Shown here piece by piece: positions 49,396-61,600 of a DNA stretch of 64,000 nt. The translations under genes and the position numbers were made by a program. The number at the start of each line of letters is the position of its first letter. The first letter of the stretch is position 1. The DNA is taken from NCBI GenBank assembly GCA_028534125.1, contig CM052816.1, forward strand, positions 20,646,001-20,710,000, read 5' to 3'. The DNA is from Lama glama. Lineage: Eukaryota. Under the pieces are notes generated by a model, which saw nothing but the letters and a program-made list of their open reading frames with translations, was not told where the DNA came from and ran no database searches.

Positions 49396-50167
49396 GTGCT
49401 TTATACTGACTCTCCAACCCTGAGTTATTAGCTGGTGCCCAGAACTGGCCTTGGAATTAAGGGGAAAAACCCCAGACCCTAGACACTCCCCTCCCAACAG
49501 CACACGGGCTTTGACCTGGAATGGCTGGGGAGGAGCTCACACCCGTTCTCTAGGACTCAGCCAAGCCAGGTGTGGAAGCACGTACTCCATCCCGGGAGAT
49601 GGGGAGGTGGGGCTGGAGGGGATGCCCTGCTCTGCTAACAGCCTGGCAGCCCCTATTCATGGTGCAGTCCTGCAAGGAAACACCTCGTGGCCTGTTACCA
49701 GCAAGATAAACTATGTCATGTCGCGGTGCATCCCAGGCCTCATTTGCCAAAATGCTGCGTGGTTCTGATGCTGCGGAGCAAGCACGCCTGTGATAAAAGG
49801 CCTAAGAGTAATGGGCTGTAGTGCCTCGATTTTAATTTCTTAAAGCTGCCTTTTGTTTCTTGGTCGTAGGCTTGTGTACACATGTTCATTTTTAAGTACT
49901 CCAGCTCTGGGAGTGTACCTAATTACTGTAAGCAGGGCTGATTAGTCCTGTTAACTAGACCTCCCTCGTCTACGAGGCCAAGGATTCCAAAGCTGCCTTT
50001 AAGGTGGGATTAAGGCAAAGACGAGCTGTTAACGAAATGGAACTGGGGCCGGCTTTCCTCAGGCAGCTGTGGGGCTGCCGATGGGAGTTCCCCCGACAAA
50101 TCTCCCCTCCGTCTGGCTTCACTGTGTCTGGCATAGAGTAGGTGTTCAAGAAACATTTCCAAGATGA

Positions 50168-50629
<462 letters not shown>

Positions 50630-51179
50630 TGAGGTGTTCCATGCAGTGTGTGGACCAAGAGAAGCTGGAGAGCCACATGGGGAGAGTCCTTTGTAACCGA
50701 CTCTGTAACGGGCCGCCGAGGAGGCCCCGCTCCTGCAGGAAAAAGCCATCTCCCAGGAGTCAGAGCGCCTGTTCAACCCCTCTGAGAATATCTGACAAAC
50801 AGAACCATGTCGCTGTCTCCTTCCCACCAGCCACATTTAGCCAATATTTACAAACAAGCTCTGAGGCCCTTAGCTGGCAAAACACACTTCAGCGGGGCCG
50901 GGCTCTGATGTTTTCATTAGGAAATGAGTCTTTTCTTCCTGAGTCTTTCACTTGCCTCAGCAGGAAGGTTAAAAGGAAGCAGACTCGTTTCCACCACACA
51001 CTTTTGAGGCGGTAACCCGGACATCCCCAGGTCCTCGCCCCCTTGAGCTTGCCACTCTGCGGCGTCCAGGCGGCAGCAGCCCACGGCCCAGCCTGCTTGC
51101 TTGCATGGCGTACGTTCTCAGTGGGGGACAGTGATTATCATCAGTATCGTAATCACCTTTATTGTTGTCACTGTTTCCT

Positions 51180-51380
51180 CCTTGAACCTTTCAGCCACTC
51201 TCTGCTCTGAGGTGGGTGCTACTGTTATCCCACTTCACAGATATCTTTAGATGAGGAAGCCACGAATCCAAGAAATCAAGCACCTTGCCTGAGGAATGTG
51301 CGCTGCCTGGGACATGATGAACTCAGACAAAACCCAGGAGGGCAGGTGTACAAATCTGGACCTGCTATCCTCACAGTACA
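51180..51380 (-). mobile_element. MIR SINE fragment (antisense) in the short intron
   Basis: tgaggtgggtgctactgttatcccacttcacagat...gatgaggaagc...cttgcctgagg. Confidence 0.6.
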
Positions 51381-52779
51381 GGGGGCTCCATGGGGGAGGG
51401 CTCCCACCCCAAGGCTCCATTTGATCCCCTCAAGGTCTGTGGGGACAGCAGGTACCCACAAAACCTCAATACTGAGCAATCACCCAGACACTTCACCACA
51501 CAGGGTCCCCTTCTCGAGTCCAGCCAGTCCAGAGCCTGCTTCCAGGGAGCGCGTTGGAAACCAGGGATCCTAAGACACTTGCAGACCTCACTCTACTCAC
51601 CCACACCAGGGCAACACATGCAAACCCATCCAAGGCCTGTGCCCCAGGAGGCCTCCCAGGCACAGGCCAGCCTGCATGTCACCACCTCCATCAGCGCTCA
51701 GCCCCCAGCTATGGCTAAGACCCCAGGGGGCAGTGCCAGGGACCCACAGCTGTCCCATGCTGCTCTGGGGAGGGCCCAGGTCCTGTTAGTTACGGTTACC
51801 TGCAGGAAGAGCCATATGGCCATTCCCCTCCTGCAGGCTGTGTGGGGTGCACCAAGGGCCGGCAGCTTTGACTCGCCCTGGACAGAGGCAGCTAGGGGTT
51901 TATGGCGCCCCGGCCCACATGATTCCTGGGTAGCTGCCAGGTAAACAGAACCTTCTTGGGCACGTTGCTCTTACCTGGCAGGGAAGTGCCCTGAGGCACC
52001 TGAAGCCATTAACAAGCGTGGTAATTGGACTATGATTTCCTCTTTAAAATTTAATGTATTTAAAGTCCATTTCATAAATCTGCCAAGCAAGGCCCCACTA
52101 AAGGGGGCCTTTCCTTGACACTGAGTCAGAGGCGTCAGGGAAAAACGTGTTGGTCCTATGAAAAGTTAATCAATTTCCAATGCAGAAATAGACAAAGGGA
52201 AATTTTCATCTTTGGAAGATTGATTTCAGGCGTTATGGTTGATCTCCCTTTTATCGAACACTCTTACTTGCTGGGTGAAGGGTCATTTTTTTAACATTAT
52301 CACATTAAATTGCCTTTAATACAGCAGGCCCAGCTGAGACTGTTGAATAAAGAGAAAATGCCTTTATTCCCCTCCCCTCAAACACCAAGTAAAATAAAGT
52401 CATTTTCTTTCTTCTGAGATTGTCCTTGCAGGACTCTAGTTCCAGACACATACACCAAAAGGTGACTGGTCAGGCTTGGGGGGCCTCTGAGCCCTGTGGT
52501 CCAGGCCATATCCAGAGAGGACTTCACAAGGGCCTGCCCATGGTCCCCAAGACAGAGTCCCAAGGGTGGTGGTTTGCGTTCCTGGCAGGAGAAGGCAGGC
52601 AGAGATGGGGGCTAGGCCTAGGTCAGCAGAATGGCAGCTTCCTCTTTTGTGGGCTGTGCTGTGGCTTCGAGGCACTGCCCTGAGGTTGGTGAGGACTGGT
52701 AGGGGGTGGGGAGGGGTGCACTGATGGAGCAGGGACTGTCCAGCTCTACACAGCTGGGAGCTGCTGAGTTCAGCCACTG

Positions 52780-53410
<631 letters not shown>

Positions 53411-54776
53411 TAGGTGAATGCAGTTGAATTTGTTTTGCAATAAGCCTGAGTTTTAAGAAAAGAGTAAGGTGGGTGGGAGAGGGGGTACTGACTCTGCTCC
53501 CTTTGGATAAAGGCTCTTCTCACTGCTGCTTTTGTGTGAGGAACCCAGGACTGAGATTTCAGCATGATTGGGAGGGCACTTCTGATCTCTGGGGGATTCC
53601 ATGACTGCATGTGGAGGGAGCAGATTTTAGGGTATCCTCAGATGGTGCTGCGGCCCTGTCAGGGAACTGCACCTGGGGGCAAATCCTGCAGGAGGGTCCT
53701 GGAGGCTTGGCCAGGTAGGAGAGGAAGAAGTCACTACCAAGGACGATGGAGGGTGAGGGTCCAGCTTGAAGAGAGGCAGGGGAATCCCTGGAGAAGAGAG
53801 AAGAGAGATGTTCTATGTGAAAATAGAGGAGGTGCTCGGAGTGGGCCTGCTCTGGGGTCACTGGTGCGTACAATGCGCTGGTAGGATGACTGAAGGATCT
53901 AGGTCGTCTCCCTGAGGTGCTCCTCCAAAGATGACCACATGTGAGCCACAGCTGGAGCTGGGACAGGGCTTCTGAGAGATGCAAATGCAAGAATGAGCCC
54001 CAGATAACTCAGACAAGGTCAGCAGAGAGGAGAGGGAAGGCGGTGCAGGGCCCTAACTTGAGACAAGAGGTGCCAAGGAGATGAAGCCCTTTATGTCAAA
54101 CAGCACTCGGGCCCTGCTTAAAGCACGTAGTGTGTGTGCCCTGCGTGAGGCCCACTTGGACATGACCTGCAAGCTCACAGCTCCTAGCTGCAGGCCTGGA
54201 AATTGGGGAAGCAGGTATGAGATCCCCAGGGTGCCCTGAGTACTCTGTACTGAGTACTCCGGGCATCCTCGGCCCTGACCCCAGTCTGTGCCTGCAGTTC
54301 CATTTTTCAGGAAGACATTCCTGCTTTGTGTTGACACCTCTGTGTGCTGTTGTTATCCCCGATATTCACAAGGCCTGAGAAGGAGCCCGTGTGATTTGTT
54401 GGCAAGAAGGGCTCTTGTGGCAGCTAGGAGAGGTACTCATATGCCCTACGAGGAGAGAGTCGAGTGTGATTCTTCCTTGTGGAAAATGTCCGTGAGTTTG
54501 ACACACAAGGTGCCTTTCCACAGCACTGTCTATTCTCTTTCTATTACCCAGGACCAAAGTCCAACCCCCATTTACGGGGCTCTGCTTGATGTACAGTGAC
54601 TGGATGTGGCTCCCCATCTTCCTCTTTCCTGCCTCCGTTGAAACTCTTACCTACAGGTAGTGATTCATAATTAGGTGTGAATGCCTGATAGGCTCCATCT
54701 GCTGTGGGAGGTGTTTATGGATTGAGGAGCTTACTCCCTGAAATAAATCTCTAAATTTTAGAATGTACAGAAGTAT

Positions 54777-54983
54777 CAGCAACTCTGGAGACCTAGCTCA
54801 ATCGTGAGGCGATTGTTAGATTTTTCAGGACTTCTGCAAGGCAAACAGTTAAACAGTCGGTAGCTTTCAATCAGCCACAGTGGGAGTATTTACAACATAG
54901 AAATTTGCACAGGTGCTGCAGAAGGGCTAGGCCATGTTTTCCCTCAGGATTGCCCAATGTTAGGCACGGACCTGCACACTCTG
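54777..54983 (+). mobile_element. MER63A-like hAT-Blackjack element
   Basis: gcgattgttagatttttcaggacttctgc...gttaaacag...ggtagctttcaatcagccacagtgggagtatttacaacatagaaatttgcac matches recalled MER63. Confidence 0.7.
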
Positions 54984-56620
54984 GGAAAGACTCTCCCTCC
55001 CCTCCTTCCTCAGCATCCACCCCCTGAAATATCCCTTCCATCCACCTTCCCTGAACTGATCCCCCTTGATGATGCTAATCTCACAGATCATGAACCAGAA
55101 AAGAGCAGACGTCGGGGCAGGTGACAGGGCAAGCAGCCCCCCACTAGGGAAGCAGCAGCATGCTGTCTGGGGACAGTTCTAAGACATTCCCAGCAATGCT
55201 TTGTCTGCAAAATGCTCAGGCCCCTCTGCAAAAGGAGTGAAGGAAAAGATCAGTGCTTCTGAAGAGCCGGGGCCAAGGCTGGGCTTTGAGGTTGTCACAA
55301 CTCAGATGTCCCCTGATGGCATCATCATGCGGAGAATGGCACTGGTCAGGCCCCTTCCTGGTACCTGGTGCCACAGAAGCCTCTGACCCATGAGCCTGCT
55401 TCCTGGGAACTAGTCTGGGGCCAAACAGGAGCCATTGGCTCTGCTCTCGAGGAAACAGCAGCATCCCTGATGAAAGACAAGGCCTCCCTGATGAAGGTCC
55501 TTATAAGCAGGGGGTGGCCGTGGAAAAGAAGGGGAGTCATCTTCACCTCCAGCCACAGGTCTCATGCAGAGCAATGTGCTGTTTCCCTCCTTCCTGGATT
55601 ATTATTTGAAAAGCTTTATAATCATCATTTTTAAAGCAAATTAGATTCTGCTGTCGCCTTGGACTTGTTTTGAACCAGGCAGCCAAACCATTCATCACAG
55701 CTCAACCCAAATAATAGATATGCCATAAAATGTAAACTCACAGCCATTAAGGAAGCCGCAAAATGAGTTAACCCGGCTGTAAAGGCCCGATGCTCGGCCA
55801 CTCGGAGCACATGGGATCAGTGGTTTTTCAAAGTCACAGGAGCTCTAAGCTGAATTCCCATCACTCTGGGAATAGATGTATGGTTCAGTGAATGTTAAAT
55901 AGTAATTGAAATGAGACATAGAGGGACAACTTATTACCCAGAAATCAGTGGCATTAAAGAAACCTCACTAAAAGCTCAGACAGTAATATCTCAAACGTTT
56001 CAGCAACAATATTTTGGATTTAATTTTCAAAACTGGAGTTGGCAAAGGTTGAGACTTTAAAGTTGTATTTTTCAATTTCTGTTTTGCCAGGATCCTTGGG
56101 TACCAGGCAGGGTGGGGTCTGTGGGTGACTCCTGGCACATATTCGGTTGCTCTATTTAAGGATGGGTTTGGAGGCCTTTTCCCTGGAGAAGTGGATTGTG
56201 TTTACAAGATTTTAGTGTTTGAGCCAGGGAAGAGGGGACAGTCTCCCGAATGTCTTCTTATGCAGCTGACCTCACTGCAGCTGGGCTGGTGTTTGCCATT
56301 GTCTTCCGCTGGCTGTTGGCAATGCCACCAGTCTCAGGGCTGGCAGCTGCCATGCCCAGTTGAGCTGGTTCATGGTGGGGCTGCACCCTCCTCCTGGCTC
56401 CGCAGGACAGGTGACCCTCCCCAGGAAAAGTTCCCTTAGCCGTGGAAGTCAGTTCAGCCTCTTTCTGTCAGAAGGAGCAAAGGTTGTGAATCACCCATCT
56501 CAGTACACTGATGGCAGTGAAATACGATGGTGGCCTCTCTCTCTTCCTCCATCTATCACCCGAACATTCTCGTCAGGTTGCTTTTGGCTTTCCAAATCAC
56601 AGGCTGATCTAGGAACTAAA

Positions 56621-56680
56621 GACACAGCGTCCTCTCGGAAGGCACGTTCCGACACAGCGTCCTCTCGGAATGTGCCTTCC
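56621..56680. repeat. 20-bp direct repeat overlapping a 16-bp inverted repeat
   Basis: gacacagcgtcctctcggaa at 56621-56640 and 56651-56670; ggaaggcacgttccga (56637-56652) pairs with tcggaatgtgccttcc (56665-56680), 15/16. Confidence 0.95.
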
Positions 56681-58099
56681 ACCCTTCCTTCTGATCCCGC
56701 CCCACAAAAGCCACAGAACCAGTGGTCCCTGCTATGAGGCAGAGACCCGGGCTCCAGGGTCACTGGTGAGCAAGATGCATGCCAGCCCTGTCTGTTCATT
56801 GCCATAAATTAATCTAAAAGTTGCTCGCTTAAAAATCTTCTCAATAATGCATGTTTTGACACTTTTCTGGATGCTTGGGTTGGGATCATGGGAAAAACAT
56901 GTTGTTTAAACAAGGATCTTTCTCTCACTCTAAATTCATTATAAGTTTCTTCTGCTTTTTAGAAAGATACTTGTCCTTTTAATTAATCCTATGAGAGCAA
57001 TGTGCTGGGATGTGAAGGAAGGATTTGTGCAGCTAACAGTGCAGGATAAAGGGCTTCCCGTGTGAGCATTCCTGGATCACGGATACATAGTGTGCAGGAG
57101 GAGAACCCGTGTCAGGAGGTCAGCAGGGAGCTGACCGTGGGAGTCAGATGCCCTCTCCCTCAGATCCAGGCAAGCAGGAGGGAAAACAGTGATTTAATCT
57201 GACTATTGCAACACTTCTGTATCAAGGGCAACTCTGGAAAACAGAGGAGGTAGTCGCCTGGTGAACTTACAGCTGTTTTTCTGCCATTGTTGCTGCATAA
57301 TGAAAGGATGGTGCAGCTTCACCTTGCAGGCCGTTATCCTCCAGAATGTATGATGCCTGCACAGACCAGACCCTGTGCCAGACACATTATCTTAAGTCAG
57401 CCCTCACAGCCACCCTGTGATGAACAGGATGGTAAAATAAAACAACGGCAGCTATCCCTCCCCGGGTCTGTCTAACTGCTTATCTGTGTGGGGTGAGTTC
57501 AGACAGGGAGCTCTGCTGGCGAGGACACTGCTTTACCTTGCTTCGTTCGGTTCCTGAGTTTGGGACAGGGAGGAGTGAAATTTCACATAGCATGGGGTTT
57601 ATCCAGAATTTTACCTGTATCTATTTGGCTCTTGAGTTTTGGAGAGTAAAAGTTACCTGTGCACTGGTTTCAGTGTCGGCTGAGGCTAAGTCTATCCTGT
57701 GATGACTCCCCTAACCCCAAAGGGAGAGAAGCTGGTTGCTTCACACAGGACTTGCAAATCAAGTGGCAGAAAAAACTGATTCACTGCCCTTGGTGTTTCA
57801 TTTGCTCAAAGGCATACAACGGCTAAATTGGAGGCGCCAAACGAGGAATTAGAAAGTGAAAGACAGGAGCTATCTCACCACTCCCTCCCAAGGACAGAGG
57901 TGGAGGTGCTTTCTCCTCATCTCCAGTAGAGAGAGGGACTCCTAGGAGGCTTCGACGTGAGCTTGCTATGTGGCCCTGCAGCCAAAGTGACTGTGCCATC
58001 TGAGTGGTTTTTCACTTGTTAATATCGCTTTAGTTAGGAATGGACTCTTACTACTCAAGTCGCACAAAATGAAACCTAACATTTATCATATGTCAGCAC

Positions 58100-58260
58100 T
58101 GTGTATTATGTCCCAGTTTTACAGATGGAAAAAAAACTGAAACTCAGAGAAGTTAGGTAGCTAACATAAGTCACACAGCCAGCAGGTAGGAGAACCAGAA
58201 CTGAACCCAAATGCCTGATTCCAAAAAAGTCTCATGCATATAAACATACTTTGCAACTCA
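58100..58260 (-). mobile_element. MIR SINE (antisense)
   Basis: cccagttttacagatggaaaaaaaactgaaactcagagaagttaggtagct...aagtcacacagccag...agaactgaacccaa...cctgattccaaa. Confidence 0.8.
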
Positions 58261-58454
58261 TCAGCACTCTCTAGAAAGGAGATTCTCACTGTCCCCCACA
58301 ATGGGTTTCCCTGAATTTCAAGTCCCAGTTCAATGGTCTCTTCCTCCAGGAAGTCTTCCTTAATTCTCTTCCCTCTACCAAAATCCATACACTTTTCTCT
58401 GTGTGCCAACGGTCCTGGGTTCATCTCTACACAGTAACAAGACTGTGGCCTGGT

Positions 58455-58680
58455 GGTTGAGTGTGGACTGAATCTGACCTGGTTCAAATCCTTGTTCTGC
58501 CATGTTACTAGCTGTGTGATCTTGGAAAGGTCATTACCAAGATTTAGCTGAGCTTCAAGTTCCTTATCTGTAAAATGCACATAATAACCACCACACAGGG
58601 TTACTCAGGACTAAATGAGATAATGCATGTAAAGTGATTAGAATGGTGCCTTGTATATGATAAGTGCTAAGTAGTCACTA
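58455..58680 (+). mobile_element. MIR SINE (sense), near full length
   Basis: gacctggttcaaatcc...ctgccatgttactagctgtgtgatcttggaaag...cttatctgtaaaatg...ggactaaatgagataatgcatgtaaagtg...ataagtgct. Confidence 0.85.
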
Positions 58681-61600
58681 ACCAGGCAGGTCAGTGATGG
58701 AGGTGAGACGGTGATGATGAAGATTTCTGTGTGTTCCCAGCCCCTCCCTCCCTGCCTCCATCACTCTTTGCCACATTATTGTCGTCCGGCCCACATTAGT
58801 CCACTGGCTTCATGAGGCCAGAAAATGTTATGCTCATGCCTAGCAGGGAGTCTGGTGCCTGAAAAGCGCTTGGGAAATCGTTGTGCAGTGAGAAGGATGA
58901 AGTATATGGAGAAATAAATACACCTGGCAAGCAGAGGGATCCAAACACAATGTGACTGTCACCAAGGGTCCCAGAGGGCCTTTACCTGTCCCCAGGGGAA
59001 GCAAAGGAAGTACCTTGTTGGGGCCCCAAGCCGAGACTGCTGGTGGGGGAGCACCAGACAGGCCAGACCAAGCCAGAGGGCACCCTGGGGCTGCCCCAGC
59101 AGCCCAGAGTCCCTGATCTGCTGGAGGAGGGACTGGGCTGTGAGGTGAGCCCCTGATGCCACGTGGGTCTAATGCTCCCTTAATGAAGACAAAGGTGTTT
59201 GTCCCATTGAGCTCATTCTGCTCCAGGGCCACTAACTGCCCTTGCGCCTCCTCAGGGTAAGTGTTCTGCTAGGTCTCCTGCTCACTGCCCACTTTCCTCC
59301 ACCCCTGACAGCTGCGTGTGGAGATGAGGGCTCCGCTCAGCATTACTCCTCGGCCCACAGCCACATCCCCAGTGGTGGCAGCAGACCCCACTGAGAGAGG
59401 TCCGGGCTCAGCCCCACAGCTCCTGCCCTCAGGAGGTCAGCCTTGCCCTCTCTGTGCAGAGCTGTGCACCTTGGGGAATAATTCGTTAGCACAGAATGTG
59501 GGTCTGCACTTCTCAGACTCTGGCACAGGCCCTGCTGGGCCTCCATGGCCACCTCCCTCCTGCCTGAGGCCACATCACAAAGCCGACACCTACAGAGGAG
59601 GACACAGCATGCGCTGCTGAAACTGAAACCTCTGGCAGCTTGAGGCCCCCACGCTGGGCCCTGCAGTCTGAGAGGCTGGCCTCTGGGTCAGAACCACTAA
59701 GCACTGAGATCCCAGCTCCCCGACTCAGGCCAGCTCCAGGAGAGGCAGCCGCACGTTACTGGAGCACGTGGGAAGACTGGCGTGTCTGCCCTGGTGCTGG
59801 TGTGGGCCAGGCTCGGAAAGCAGGGAGCATCTGGGCAGGGGCCGCACAGAGGCGCACGTGGAGGGCAGGGTTCATTGAGGGGGCAGGCTGGCCACCAGAA
59901 CATTCCAGAGGAGCCCAGCCAGGGCGGGGAGCCACGCATGAGAAAAGGTTCAGATGAAGATTGGGAGGATTAGAAGGAGGAAAATGTGAGGCCAACCAAC
60001 ACTCCCAGAGCCCACTCTGGGGCAAGCAGAGGACACAGCTGGACCCCCAGGCCCAACCAGCGGTCAGCTTGTAGTCTGACAGCAGGTGGCTGGGAAAGAG
60101 AGCACCCACCAAATCAACAAAGTAGGGGCTAGGACAGAGAATCACTGGGAGCAGTCTTGGCAGGGAGGACCTCCTCTCCCCTGAGAGATTTTGGAAGGGA
60201 CATTCGAGTGAGGCCTGAACACAGAGCTGGAGAAAACCAGACAGAGAGGGAGGAGAAAGGGTCCTGGACAGATAGGGTCAGGGTGTGGTCCTGAAAGGGC
60301 AACAGACTTGGGGTGAGTCAGGAGGCTGTCACGAGGGGGATGGCTGACCGGTGGGGCCTCAGAGGGCAGCACTCAGACAGAGGGACAAGGACAGGAGTAG
60401 GCCGACTTAGCATGGATCTGAGTGGCCTCGCCCAGCCATCTGTGCAGCCTGGCAGGAGCTGGAGGAAGTGGTAAGGCTCCCTTGCTGCAGGTGCACCAGC
60501 CCTAGCAAACCTTTGAAGTCCGTTTCACTTCAGATCTCCAGGTATGACTATCAGGAAAGTGAGCTACTGTCTAAGGCCTCAAGGAACTGATGCTCCAGTG
60601 CCTGAACACTGTCCCTCCAGGCTCTCCCTTCTCCTTCTCCTTGCAGGCAGAAGCACAGCTGAGGGCATGCTTGCCCCTCCAGCTGCCCCCAGCTATGCAG
60701 GAAAAGCCATTGGCAGCCCTTGATGCGGGGATATGGGGGCAGGGGGGTGTTCAATGTGTTCTTATCCATATGTGGAGTAGGGGTGGTATGCATCACCCTG
60801 TAGAGGGGTCAGTTCTGAGCCAGAACTGCTGCTGACCAGCCATCTTGCCCTCCACTCGTTTCTTCTTCTGGGAACTTTCAAACCCAGACCACCTCCTTCC
60901 CATCTCCAGTGGTTTGAGGTTAACAGCTGTATTGCTGGGCCCAGCACTTTCCAGCATTGTCAAGTGCTTTCCGTTTTTAAAATTTCAGCTGGAAGCTGTC
61001 AATGGCCTCAGTGAAGAACAATTGAGTAGTAGAAAATGAACTAATTATAGGTTGTTATTGAAAATCTATTATATACAAATTGCAAAGAAAACTCATTAAA
61101 ACATGATGCTTTGGTGATTTTTTTTTAAACCCTTCTCTTGGAGGGAGAGGCAGGGGCAAGGGTTCTGGATACCTTGATCCTCACCGTTCTGGGGTGAGAA
61201 CTCCCATCAGGGCTGCAGGGCAGGCTCTGGGTCAAGACATTCACATATCACCCAGCCCAGCTTGACATGATGCACCATGGGGAAACTTGAAGTTTTGCGT
61301 AGAACAGAGAGCTCTCTGAATGTTAGTAAATACTCAGAAATGGCTGCAGAGGAAACAAAGAATTTCATTACAAAGATATAAAATGAGAACAATTTAGATG
61401 TCAGCTTTTTACCAGGATAGCACCTTATTGTCCTCATAAATCTCTGTGTTTTTGCAAAAGCTTTTGTGAGGATTTCAGAGGACCTAAATGTGCAGTGAAG
61501 CACTAAAGGGCGCATTGCTGAATTCTGAGCTTGCTCCCTGGGATTGGAGTACTGGAATGGCTTGCGATGTGAGTGGGTGAGCTGTACAGAGCCCAGATCT

